From: Pristiophorus japonicus
Taxonomy: Eukaryota
Length of the DNA stretch: 64,000 bases
NCBI RefSeq assembly: GCF_044704955.1
Contig: NC_091999.1
Location: forward strand, 51,212,001 to 51,276,000
Reading direction: 5' to 3'
Shown: positions 37,333 through 49,638 of the stretch, in pieces
Numbering within the stretch: the first letter of the stretch is position 1
Layout: every line of letters starts with the position of its first letter
The notes under the pieces: generated by a model
Databases searched by the model: none
What the model saw: only the letters and a program-made list of their open reading frames with translations
What the model was told of the DNA's origin: nothing
Made by a program: the position numbers and the translations under genes

Positions 37333-38097
37333 CCTGTCAGTATCCGGATTCTGTCACTATGAAAATCTGGGCTTTAACTCCAGACACACACATACACATT
37401 GGGTTTCAGTCAGCATTTTCGAACATTTTTCGTAATATTGACACGGACACAACTCTCCTATTCTTTTTCGAGTAAGGGTCTGGGACCTTTCACATCCACC
37501 CGAGGGTGCAGACGGAACTTCAATTTAACATTTCCTCCGAACGTCAACAGCTTCAAGAATGCAAAATTCCCCAAGTGCTGCACTTGAGTGTTAGCCAAGA
37601 TTATATGCTTAATTCTTAGGTGTGCGACTTGAAAACATAAACTCCTGATTCAGTCGAGACTGCTGCCACTGAACCAAAGCCGATACCAAAGTTCACAACC
37701 GTATTATTTTCCCCAATTCTTTTTTACAAGTTCCAGGACATACCAAATTCATGGTGATGATTTCCACAGACAGTTGCACATACACAGAGACATATATACA
37801 GATAGACAGAGAGAGAGAGAGAGACATACACACACACACATAACCTAAAATTTACACGCACCAACCGAGATGCACAGATGCCTTAGACATATAGAATGAT
37901 AGACAGGCTGAATCACTGTAGCAACTTTGACAGCTTTTTGCGTTTTTCTATCCGTATGTATCTTTAATATTGCAGATTAATAAAAATCAGAAAGAGAAGT
38001 CATTGTTGAATGGTGTGGGAGGTTATTCCACCTATCTCAGGATCAGTTTTGTCGAAACCTGCTTAAATTATGAAATGCAATGAAAGATACTGAGTAT

Positions 38098-38179
38098 CGA
38101 AGTCGGCAGGATTCGAAATTTCATGCGAAACACCCAATGGATTTCTAGTTCATCGCCTTAACCACGCGGCCACGACTGC
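38098..38179 (-). pseudogene. tRNA-Ser(AGA) pseudogene
   Basis: GCAGTCGTGGCCGCGTGGTTAAGGCGATGAACTAGAAATCCATTGGG...TTCGAATCCTGCCGACTTCG; AGA retained, T stem disrupted. Confidence 0.85.
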
Positions 38180-38397
38180 TGCGTTGCTGCCTCTTTAAAC
38201 GTTACGCAGAAAAAATGCAGTCATCCATTTCTGTGCAGCAGACGGCCAAAGAATCCTGAAAAAGTTTCCATTTGCTAAAAATCTGGAAGAGGCAATCTCC
38301 TCTATCTGTATTTTTGTTGTTCTTTCTTGCTCTGGAACTTGATAACATGGATCTATACCAAGAAACAGAAGTAAAATTATGCATTTGAAAAAACGGC

Positions 38398-38468
38398 CTC
38401 CCTGCAAGGAATTGCACCCCGCTCTTCCGCATGAAAGGCTGGGATACTCACCACTATACTAACGAGAA
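38398..38468 (-). pseudogene. tRNA-Asp-derived pseudogene (anticodon now TTC)
   Basis: TTCTCGTTAGTATAGTGGTGAGTATCCCAGCCTTTCATGCGG...GGTGCAATTCC; B box damaged. Confidence 0.8.
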
Positions 38469-39655
38469 ACTGACGAGTATCAGTTCTGTCACAGCAGGAA
38501 TCGAGTTGTGAAGAGAACTGGACAGCATGCGAAGACGACAGACACATTGAGAGACAGAGACAAACCGACAAACTGGGAGAGACAGACAGCAAGATAGACA
38601 CAACGAGAGACAGAAAGTGTGAGACTGAGAAGGAGAGGCATACTGAGTGAGAAAAAGACTCAAACGCATTGAGATACAGAGGTTTGTGTGTGTGATCTAT
38701 AAAGAGAGAGAGGGATAGAATGAGAGAAAGACAATGATAAAGACAGTGGCAAGGAGAGATACAGATAGAGAGAGAGATATAGAGAAAAAACAGAAAATGA
38801 TGGAAATATTTATCAGGATAGAGACAGGCACTAACAGAGACTGACAAAGAGAGACAGACAGGCAGAGACATAGACAGACAGAGATGATGGGAAAGAGTGA
38901 GACAGTCAGAAAGAGAGACTGAGAAAATCCGATTGGAACAGAACTGGACACCGTGAGAAACAGAGACAAACACGAAAACAGGGAGTGACAGACAGTGAGA
39001 TAGAGACAGAGAGAGACAGGAAGTTTGAGACTGAGACGGAGGGTCAGACTGAGTGAGACAAACACTTGAAAACACGTACACAGAGATGTGTTTGCGTGCT
39101 CCAAAAAGAGAGGGAGGCAAATAGTGATGGAATGACAAGAAAAAGCCAGGGACAAAGAGAGAGACAAAGAGGGAGACAGATAGAGAGAAAGACAGATAGA
39201 GAGAGAGAGACAAAGAGGCAAAAACAGAAAATGATGGAAATACTCATCAGGTTAGAGGCAGGGAGTAACAGAGACAGGCAAATACATGGACAGACAGAGA
39301 TGATGTGAAGAGAGAGACAGTCAGACAGAGAGTCTGAGAGAATCCATTTGGAACAGAACTTGACACCATCAGAAAGAGACAGATTGAGCGACAGAGGCAA
39401 ACAGAGTAAAAGGGATAAACAGAGTGAATCAGAGAGAGGCAGACTGAAAGAGACACAGACTCAAATACACAAACACATACACAGCTCTCGAAAGAGAGAG
39501 GGGCAGAGACAAAGCGACACAGATACATTTCACAATTTCATTTCATTATCTGCTCAGAGTGTCACCGAGCTACAGAAAAATGCAAATGCAACAAATGAAA
39601 ATCGGGTATCACTGAGCAGGATGGGGAAAAAAATATATTTGTTTAATTAAGCAAT

Positions 39656-39738
39656 TACCAGGAGTGGGATATGAACCCACGCGAGTATAAACCCATTGGA
39701 TCATAAGCCCAATGCATTAACCACTCGGCCATCCTGGT
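39656..39738 (-). pseudogene. tRNA-Leu-derived pseudogene (anticodon TAT, T loop TTCATAT)
   Basis: Leu-TAA body with a broken B box and a D-stem change. Confidence 0.85.
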
Positions 39739-39847
39739 CTCGTCAGCGATTGGATTCTGTCTCTGTGAGAATCTGGGCTTCAAATCCACCCCCACAGACA
39801 CACACAAATACGAAGGGTTTCAGGGAGCATTTCCGATCATTTTTAGC

Positions 39848-40101
39848 AATATTGACACAGGGGCAACTCTCCTATTCTTTTTCGAGTAATGCTCTGGGAT
39901 CTCTCACAACCATCCGAGTGCGCAGACGGAGCTTCAATTTAACATTTCATCCGAAAGTCAACAGTTTCAACACTGCAAAATTCCCCAAGTGCTGCAGTTG
40001 AGAGTTAGCCAAGATTATATGCTCAAGTCTCAGGAGTGCGACTTGAACACACAAACTCCTGATTCAGTCAAGAATTCTGCCACTGAACCAAAGCTGAGAC
40101 A
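39848..40101 (-). mobile_element. Deu-domain SINE copy embedded in the repeat unit (representative; recurs in every unit)
   Basis: Minus strand CAGCTTTGGTTCAGTGGCAG...GTTCAAGTCGCACTCCTGAGACTTGAGCA...CTTTCGGATGAAATGTTAAA, homologous to the SINE at 2302-2702. Confidence 0.75.
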
Positions 40102-40493
40102 AAAGTTCACAGCCATATTACTTTCCCCAAGTCTTTTTTTTAAGTTCCAGGATATACCAAATTCATGGTGATGATTTCCATAGACAGTTGCACATACACA
40201 CATACATTTTTACAGATAGACAGACACAGAGACACACACACACAAATTTACACGCACCAACGGACATGCACAGATGCCTTAGACATCTCGAGGGATAGAC
40301 AGGCTGAATCAATGTCGCAACTTTGGCTGATTTTTGCGATTTTCTATCCGTAAGTATCGTGAATATTGCAGATTAATGAAAGAAAGAAAACAGCGGCGGC
40401 ATTGAAAGGTGTGGAACGTTGTTCCGTCTATCTCAGAATCAGTTTTGCAGGGACCTGGTTAAATTGTCAAACAGAATGAAATATGCTGAGAAA

Positions 40494-40575
40494 CGGAGTC
40501 GGCAGGATTCAAATCTATGCGGGGAAACCCGAATGGATTTTTAGTCTGTGGCCTTAACCACTAGGCCACGACTAC
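40494..40575 (-). pseudogene. tRNA-Ser-derived pseudogene (anticodon AAA)
   Basis: Ser-AGA body, loop CTAAAAA, B box GATTTGAATCC, anticodon-stem mismatches. Confidence 0.85.
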
Positions 40576-40781
40576 TGGTCGCTGCCTTTTTAAATGTTAC
40601 TCATTTAAAACTCAACCATCCATCTCTGTGCAGCAGACGGCCACAGAATCGTGAAAAAGCCACCGTTTGCTAGAAATCTGGAAGAGGCTGTATTGTTGCT
40701 GCTCCATATTGCTCTGGAACTTTTTAATATGAATCTATACCAAGAAACAGAAGCAAAATTCTGCCTTTTGTAAAATGCAGC

Positions 40782-40852
40782 CTCCCAGTTAGGGAATTGA
40801 ACCGTGGTCTACCGTGTGACAGGTGGGGATATTCACCACTTTCCCACGAGGA
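40782..40852 (-). pseudogene. tRNA-Asp(GTC) pseudogene
   Basis: TCCTCGTGGGAAAGTGGTGAATATCCCCACCTGTCAC...GGTTCAATTCCC; D-arm/A-box lesion shared by later units. Confidence 0.85.
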
Positions 40853-42059
40853 ATTGATGCGCATGGGTTTTGTCAATGCAATATTCGAGCTGTGAATAGA
40901 ACTGGACACCATGAGAATTCGACAGACACATTGAGAGACAGCGTCAAACCGACAAACAGGGAGAGACAGACAGCGAGATCGAGACAACGAGAGACAGCAA
41001 GTGTGAGACTGAAAACGAGAGGCAGACTGAGTGAGAAAAAGACTCTCAAACACATACATCTAAAGAGATCTGTGTGTGTGATCTATAAAGAGAAAGAGGG
41101 AAAGAGTGAGAGAAAGACAATCATAAAGACAGTGACAAGGAGAGAGACAGATGGAGAGAGAGCGACAGATAGACAGAGAGACAAAGAAATAAAAAGAAAA
41201 TGTTGGAAATTCTCAGCAGGGTAGAGACAGGAACTACCAGCGACAGGCAAAGAGAGACAGGCAGGCAGAGACATAGATAGACAGAGATGATGGGAAAGAG
41301 TGAGACAGTCAGACAGAGAGACTGAGAGAATCCCATTGGAACACAACTGGACACCGTGAGAAAGAGACAGGCACATTGAGAGACAGAGACAAACAGCAAA
41401 ACAGGGAGAAACGGAGAGCGAGGTAGAGACAGAGAGAGACAGAAAGTTTGAGACTGAGAGTTAGGGTCAGACTGAGTGAGGCAAAGACTCAAAGACATAC
41501 ATATACAGAGATGTGTTTGTGTGATTTATAAAGAGATGGAGGGAAAGAGTGAGAGAAAGACAGGGACAAGGAGAGAGACAAAGAGGGAGACAGATAGAGA
41601 GAAAGATAAATAGAGAGAGAGAGACATAGAGACAAAAACAGAAAATGATGGAAATACTCATCAGGTTAGAGACAGGGACGAGCAGAGACAGGCAAAGACA
41701 GAGATGATGGGAAAGAACGAGACAGTCAGACAGAGAGTATGACAGAATCCCATTGGAACACAACTGGATACCGTGTGAAGGAGACAGATTGAGAGACAGA
41801 GAGAAACAGAGAAACAGGGACAGACAGAGTGAATCAGAGAGAGGCAGACTGAGAGAGACAAAGACTCAAACACACAAATACATATACAGCTCTCTAAAGA
41901 GAGAGCGAGAGGCAGAGTCTGAGCGATACAGATATATTTCACAATTTCATTTCATTATCTGCTCAGATTGTCACCGAGCTACAGAAAAATGGAAATGCAA
42001 CAGATGAAAATCAGTTATCACTGAACAGAATGGGAGAAATCACTGTTTAATTAAGCAAT

Positions 42060-42142
42060 TGCCAGGAGTGGGTTTCGAACCCACGCGGATATAAACTCAT
42101 TGGATTTTAAGGCCAACGCCTTAACCACTCGGCCATCCTGGT
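42060..42142 (-). tRNA. tRNA-Leu(TAA), probably defective
   Basis: Leu-TAA body with A1:C72 and C31:U39 mismatches and a weakened variable arm. Confidence 0.6.
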
Positions 42143-42898
42143 GCCGTCAGCGATTGGATTCTGTCTATGTGAGAATCTGGGCTTCACCTCCACCTCCACA
42201 GACACACACAAACACATCGGGTTTCAGGGAGCATTTCCGAACATTTTTCGGAATATTGACACGGGGGCAACTCTCCTATTCTTTTTCGAGTAATGCTCTG
42301 GGACCTCTCACAATCACCCGAGTGCGCAGACGGAGCTTCAATTTAACATTTCATCCGAAAGTCAACAGTTTCAACAATGCAAAATTCCCCAAGTGCTGCA
42401 GTTGTGTGTTAGCCAAGATTATATGCTCAAGTCTCAGGAGTGCGACTTGAACACACAAACTCCTGATTCAGTCAAGAATGCTGTCACTGACCCAAAGCTT
42501 AGACAAAAGTTTACAGCCATAATACTTTCCCCAAGTCTTTTTTTTAAGTTCCAGGACATACCAAATTCATGGTGATGATTTCCACAGACAGTTGCACATA
42601 CACATAGACATTTTTACAGATATACAGACACAGAGACACACACACAAAAATGTACACGCACCAACGGACATGCACAGATGCCTTAGACATCTTTGAGGGA
42701 TAGACAGGCTGAATCACTGTCGCAACTTTGTCTGATTTTTGCGATTTTCTATCCGTATGTATCGTGAGAATTGCAGATTAATGAAAGAAAGAAAACAGCG
42801 GCGGCATTGAAAGGTGTGGGACGTTGTTCCGTCTATCTCAGAATCAGTTTTGCAGGGACCTGATTAAGTTGTCCAACAGAATGAAATATGCTGAGAAA

Positions 42899-42980
42899 CG
42901 GAGTTGGCAGAATTCAAATCGATGCGGGGAACCCCGAATAGGTTTTTCGTTTATGGCCTGAACCAATGGGCCACGACTAC
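42899..42980 (-). pseudogene. tRNA-Ser-derived pseudogene
   Basis: Degenerate Ser body with a broken anticodon arm and B box. Confidence 0.8.
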
Positions 42981-43186
42981 TGGCTCGCTGCCTTTTTAAA
43001 AGTTACTCAGTTAAAACTCAACCATCCATCTCTGTGCAGCAGACGGCCACAGAATCGTGAAAAGTCACCGTTTGCTAAAAATCTGGAAGAGGCTGTATTT
43101 TTGCTGCTCTATATTGCTCTGGAACTTTTTAATATGAATCTATACCAAGAAACAGAAGCAAAATTCTGCCTTTTGTAAAATGCAGC

Positions 43187-43257
43187 CTCCCCGTTAGGGA
43201 ATTGAACCGTGGTCTCCCGTGTGACAGGTGGGGATATTCACCACTTTCCCACGAGGA
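43187..43257 (-). pseudogene. tRNA-Asp(GTC) pseudogene
   Basis: Same shared lesions as 40782-40852. Confidence 0.85.
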
Positions 43258-44449
43258 ATTGATGCGCATGGGTTTTGTCAAAGCAATATTCGAGCTGTGA
43301 ATAGAACTGGACACCATGAGAAGTCGACAGACACATTGAGAGACAGAGACAAACCGACAAACAGGGAGAGACAGACAGCGAGATCGAGACAACGAGAGAC
43401 AGCAAGTGTGAGACTGAAAACGAGAGGCAGACTGAGTGAGAAAAAGACTCTCAAACACATACATCTAAAGAGATCTGTGTGTGATCTATAAAGAGATAGA
43501 GTGAAAGAGTGAGAGAAAGACAATCATAAAGACAGTGACAAGGAGAGAGACAGATGGAGAGAGAGCGACAGATAGACAGAGAGACAAAGAAATAAAAAGA
43601 AAATGTTGGAAATTCTCAGCAGGTTAGAGAGGGGAACTACCAGCGACAGGCAAAGAGAGACAGGCAGGCAGAGACATAGATAGACAGAGATGATGGGAAA
43701 GAGTGAGACAGTCAGACAGAGAGAATGAGAGAATCCCATTGGAACACAACTGGACAACGTGAGAAAGAGACAGGCACATTGAGAGACAGAGACAAACAGT
43801 GAAACAGAGAGAAACAAACAGCGAGGTAGAGACAGAGAGAGACAGAAAGTTTGAGACTGTGAGGGTGGGTCAGACTGAGTGAGGCAAAGACTCAAACACA
43901 TACATATACAGAGATGTGTTTGTGTGATTTATAAAGAGAGGGAGGGAAAGATTGAGAGAAAGACAGGGACAAGGAGCGAGACAAAGAGGGAGACAGATAG
44001 AGAGAAAGATAAATAGAGAGAGAGAGACATCGAGACAAAACCAGAAAATGATGGAAATACTCATCAGGTTAGAGACAGGGACGAGCAGAGACAGGCAAAG
44101 ACATAGATGATGGGAAAGAACGAGACAGTCAGACAGAGAGTATGACAGAATCCCATTGGAACAGAACTGGATACCGTGTGAAGGAGACAGAGACAAACAG
44201 AGAAACAGGGACAGACAACATGAATCAGAGAGAGGCAGACTGAGAGAGACAAGACTCAAACACACAAATACATACACAGCTCTCTAAAGACAGAGCGAGA
44301 GGCAGAGACTGAGCGATAGAGATACATTTCACAATTTCTTTTCATTATCTGCTCAGATTGTCACCGAGCTACAGAAAAATGCAAATGCAACAGATGAAAA
44401 TCAGTTATCACTGAGCAGAATGGGAGAAATCACTGTTTAATTAAGTAAT

Positions 44450-44532
44450 TACCAGGAGTGGGGTTCGAACCCACGCGGGTATAAACCCATTGGATCTTAA
44501 GGCCAACGCCTTAACCACTCGGCCATCCTGGT
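44450..44532 (-). tRNA. tRNA-Leu(TAA), near intact
   Basis: ACCAGGATGGCCGAGTGGTTAAGGCGTTGGCCTTAAGATCCAATGGGTTTATACCCGCGTGGGTTCGAACCCCACTCCTGGTA; single C31:U39 mismatch. Confidence 0.82.
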
Positions 44533-45284
44533 GCCGTCAGCGATTGGATTCTGTCTATGTGAGAATCTGGGCTTCAGCTCCACCTCCACAGACACACACA
44601 AACACATCGGGTTTCAGGGAGCATTTCCGAAAATTTTTCGGAATATTGACACGGGGGCAACTCTCCTATTCTTTTTCGAGTAATGCTCTGGGACCTCTCA
44701 CAACCACCCGAGTGCGCAGACGGCGCTTCAATTTAACATTTCATCCGAAAGTCAACAGTTTCAACAATGCAAAATTCCCCAAGTGCTGCAGTTGAGTGTT
44801 AGCCAAGATTATATGCTCAAGTCTCAGGAGTGCGACTTGAACACACAAACTCCTGATTCAGTCAAGAATGCTGCCACTGAACCAAAGCTGAGACAAAAGT
44901 TCACAGCCATATTAATTTCCCAAGTTTTTTTTTTAAGTTCCAGGACATATCAAGTTCATGGTGTTGATTTCCACAGACAGTTGCACATACATAGACATTT
45001 TTACAGATAGACAGAAACAGACACACACACACAAAAATGTACACGCACCAACGGACATGCACAGATGCCTTAGACATTTCGAGGGATAGACAGGCTGAAT
45101 CACTGTCGCAACTTTGGCTGATTTTTGCGATTTTCTATCCGTATGTATCGTGAATATTGCAGATTAATGAAAGAAAGAAAACAGCGGCGGCATTAAAAGG
45201 TGTGGGACGTTGTCCCGTCTATCTCAGAATCAGTTTTGCAGGGACCTGATTAAATTGTCAAACAGAATGAAATATGCTGAGAAA

Positions 45285-45366
45285 CGGAGTTGGCAGAATT
45301 CAAATCTATGCGGGGAAACCCGAATAGGTTTTTCGTCTATGGCCTTAACCACTGGGCCACGACGAC
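45285..45366 (-). pseudogene. tRNA-Ser-derived pseudogene
   Basis: Degenerate Ser body. Confidence 0.8.
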
Positions 45367-45572
45367 TGGCTCGCTGCCTTTTTAAATGTTACTCAGTTAA
45401 AATCAACTGTCCATCTCTGTGCAGCTGACGGCCACAGAATCGTGAAAAAGTCACCGTTTGCTAAAAATCTGGAAGAGGCTGTATTTTTACTGCTCTATAT
45501 TGCTCTGGAACTTTTTAATATGAATCGATACCAAGAAACAGAAGCAAAATTCTGCCTTTTGTAAAATGCAGC

Positions 45573-45643
45573 CTCCCTGTTAGGGAATTGAACCGTGGTC
45601 TCCCGTGTGACAGGTGGGGATATTCACCACTTTCCCACGAGGA
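45573..45643 (-). pseudogene. tRNA-Asp(GTC) pseudogene
   Basis: Shared D-arm lesion. Confidence 0.85.
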
Positions 45644-46832
45644 ATTGATGCGCATGGGTGTTGTCAAAGCAATATTCGAGCTGTGAATAGATCTGGACAC
45701 TATGAGAAGTCGACAGACACATTGCGAGACAGAGACAAACCGACAAACAGGGAGAGACAGACACGAGATCGACACAACGAGAGACAGCAAGTGTGAGACT
45801 GAAAACGAGAGGCAGACTGAGTGAGAAAAAGACTCTCAAACACATACATCTAAAGAGATCTGTGTGTGTGATCTATAAAGAGAAAGAGGGAAAGAGTGAG
45901 AGAAAGACAATCATAAAGAAAGTGACAAGGAGAGAGACAGATGGAGAGAGAGCGACAGATAGACAGAGAGACAAAGAAATAAAAAGAAAATGTTGGAAAT
46001 TCTCAGCAGGTTAGAGACAGGAACTACCAGCGACAGGCAAAGAGAGACAGGCAGGCAGAGGCATAGATAGACAGAGATGATGGTAAAGAGTGAGACAGTC
46101 AGACAGAGAGATTGAGAGAATCCCATTGGAACACAACTGGACACCGTGAGAAAGAGACAGGCACATTGAGAGACAGAGAAAAACAGCGAAACAGGGAGAA
46201 ACAGACAGCGAGGTAGAGACAGAGAGAGAGAGGAAGTTTTAGCCTCAGAGTTAGGGTCAGACTGATTGAGGCAAAGACTCAAACACATGCATATACAGAG
46301 ATGTGTTTGCGTGATTTATAAAGAGAGGGAGGGAAAGATTGAGAGAAAGACAGCGACAAGGAGAGAGACAAAGAGGGAGACAGATAGAGAGAAAGATAAA
46401 TAGAGAGAGACATCGAGACAAAAACAGAAAATGATGGAAATACTCGTCAGGTTAGAGACAGGGACGAGCAGAGACAGGCAAAGACATAGATGATGGGAAA
46501 GAACGAGACAGTCAGACAGAGAGTATGACAGAATCCCATTGGAACAGAACTGGATACCGTGTGAAGGAGACAGAGTCAAGCAGAGAAACAGGGACAGACA
46601 ACATGAATCAGAGAGAGGCAGACTGAGAGAGACAAGACTCAAACACACAAATACATATACAGCTCTTTAAAGAGAGAGCGAGTGGCAGAGACTGAGCGAT
46701 ACAGATACATTTCGCAATTTCATTTCATTATCTGCTCAGATTGTCACCGAGCAACAGAAAAATGCAAATGCAACAGATGAAAATCAGTTATCACTGAGCA
46801 GAATGAGAGAAATCACTGTTTAATTAAGTAAT

Positions 46833-46915
46833 TACCTGGAGTGGGATTCGAACCCACGCGGGTATGAACCCATTGGATCTTAAGCCCAACGCCTTAACCA
46901 CTCGGCCATCCTGGT
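46833..46915 (-). tRNA. tRNA-Leu(TAA)
   Basis: Intact A/B boxes and anticodon arm; one acceptor-stem mismatch (A4:A69). Confidence 0.75.
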
Positions 46916-48441
46916 GCCGTCATCGATTGGATTCTGTCTATGTGAGAATCTGGGCTTCAACTCCACCTCCACAGACACACACAAACACATCGGGTTTCAG
47001 GGAGGATTTCCGAACATTTTTCGGAATATTGACACGGGGGCAACTCTCCTATTCTTTTTCGAGTAATGCTCTGGGACCTCTCACAACCACCCGAGTGCGC
47101 AGACGGAGCTTCAATTTAACATTTCATCCGAAAGTCAACAGTTTCAACACTGCAAAATTCCCCAAGTGCTGCAGTTGAGAGTTAGACAAGATGAAATGCT
47201 CAAGTCTCAGGAGTGCGACATGAACACACAAACTCCTGATTCAGTCAAGAATGCTGCCACTGAACCAAAGCTGAGACAAAAGTTCACAGCCATATTACTT
47301 TCCCAAGTCTTTTTTTTAAGTTCCAGGACATACCAAATTCATGGTGATGATTTCCACAGACAGTTGCACATACACATAGACATTTTTACAGATAGACAGA
47401 CACAGAGACATACACACAAAAAGGAGAGGCATACTGAGTGAAAAAAAGACTCAAACGCATTGAGATACAGAGGTTTGTGTGTGAGATCTATAAAGAGAGA
47501 GAGGGATAGAATGAGAGAAAGACAATGATAAAGACAGTGGCAAGGAGAGATACAGATAGAGAGAGAGATATAGAGAAAAAACAGAAAATGATGGAAATAT
47601 TTATCAGGATAGAGACAGGCACTAACAGAGACAGACAAAGAGAGACAGACAGGCAGAGACATAGACAGACAGAGATGATGGGAAAGAGTGAGACAGTCAG
47701 AAAGAGAGACTGAGAAAATCCGATTGGAACAGAACTGGACACCGTGAGAAACAGAGACAAACACGAAAACAGGGAGTGACAGACAGTGAGATAGAGACAG
47801 AGAGAGACAGGAAGTTTGAGACTGAGACGGAGGGTCAGACTGAGTGAGACAAACACTTGAAAACACGTACACAGAGATGTGTTTGCGTGCTCCAAAAAGA
47901 GAGGGAGGCAAATAGTGATGGAATGACAAGAAAAAGCCAGGGACAAAGAGAGAGACAAAGAGGGAGACAGATAGAGAGAAAGACAGATAGAGAGAGAGAG
48001 ACAAAGAGGCAAAAACAGAAAATGATGGAAATACTCATCAGGTTAGAGGCAGGGAGTAACAGAGACAGGCAAATACATGGACAGACAGAGATGATGTGAA
48101 GAGAGAGACAGTCAGACAGAGAGTCTGAGAGAATCCATTTGGAACAGAACTTGACACCATCAGAAAGAGACAGATTGAGCGACAGAGGCAAACAGAGTAA
48201 AAGGGATAAACAGAGTGAACCAGAGAGAGGCAGACTGATACAGACAAAGACTCAAATACACAAACACATACACAGCTCTCTAAAGAGAGAGGGGCAGAGA
48301 CAAAGCGACACAGATACATTTCACAATTTCATTTCATTATCTGCTCAGAGTGTCAGCGAGCTACAGAAAAATGCAAATGCAACAGATGAAAATCAGTTAT
48401 CACTGAGCAGAATGGGAGAAATCACTGTTTAATTAAGTAAT

Positions 48442-48524
48442 TACCAGGAGTGGGGTTCGAACCCACGCGGGTATTAACCCACTGGATCTTAAGCCCAACG
48501 CATTAACCACTCGGCCATCCTGGT
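48442..48524 (-). tRNA. tRNA-Leu(TAA)
   Basis: Intact T arm and anticodon; one D-stem mismatch. Confidence 0.72.
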
Positions 48525-49279
48525 CTCGTCAGCGATTGGATTCTGTCTCTGTGAGAATCTGGGCTTCAAATCCACCCCCACAGACACACACAAATACGAA
48601 GGGTTTCAGGGAGCATTTCCGATCATTTTTAGCAATATTGACACAGGGGCAACTCTGCTATTCTTTTTCGAGTAATGCTCTGGGATCTCTCACAACCACC
48701 CGAGTGCGCAGACGGAGCTTCAATTTAACATTTCATCCGAAAGTCAACAGTTTCAACACTGCAAAATTCCCCAAGTGCTGCAGTTGAGAGTTAGCCAAGA
48801 TTATATGCTCAAGTCTCAGGAGTGCGACTTGAACACACAAACTCCTGATTCAGTCAAGAATTCTGCCACTGAACCAAAGCTGAGACAAAAGTTCACAGCC
48901 ATATTACTTTCCCCAAGTCTTTTTTTTAAGTTCCAGGATATACCAAATTCATGGTGATGATTTCCATAGACAGTTGCACATACACACAGACATTTTTACA
49001 GATAGACAGACACAGAGACACACACACACAAATTTACACGCACCAACGGACATGCACAGATGCCTTAGACATCTCGAGGGATAGACAGGCTGAATCAATG
49101 TCGCAACTTTGGCTGATTTTTGCGATTTTCTATCCGTAAGTATCGTGAATATTGCAGATTAATGAAAGAAAGAAAACAGCGGCGGCATTGAAAGGTGTGG
49201 AACGTTGTTCTGTCTATCTCAGAATCAGTTTTGCAGGGACCTGGTTAAATTGTCAAACAGAATGAAATATGCTGAGAAA

Positions 49280-49361
49280 CGGAGTCGGCAGGATTCAAAT
49301 CTATGCGGGGAAACCAGAATGGATTTTTAGTCTATGGCCTTAACCACTAGGCCACGACTAC
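49280..49361 (-). pseudogene. tRNA-Ser-derived pseudogene (anticodon AAA)
   Basis: Similar to 40494-40575. Confidence 0.85.
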
Positions 49362-49567
49362 TGGTCGCTGCCTTTTTAAATGTTACTCATTTAAAACTCA
49401 ACCATCCATCTCTGTGCAGCAGACGGCCACAGAATCGTGAAGAAGCCACCGTTTGCTAGAAATCTGGAAGAGGGTGTTTTGTTGCTGCTCCATATTGCTC
49501 TGGAACTTTTTAATATGAATCTATACCAAGAAACAGAAGAAAAATTCTGCCTTTAGTAAAATGCAGC

Positions 49568-49638
49568 CTCCCCGTTAGGGAATTGAACCGTGGTCTACCG
49601 TGTGACACGTGAGGATATTCACCACTTTCCCACGAGGA
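49568..49638 (-). pseudogene. tRNA-Asp(GTC) pseudogene
   Basis: Shared D-arm lesion plus further changes. Confidence 0.82.
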
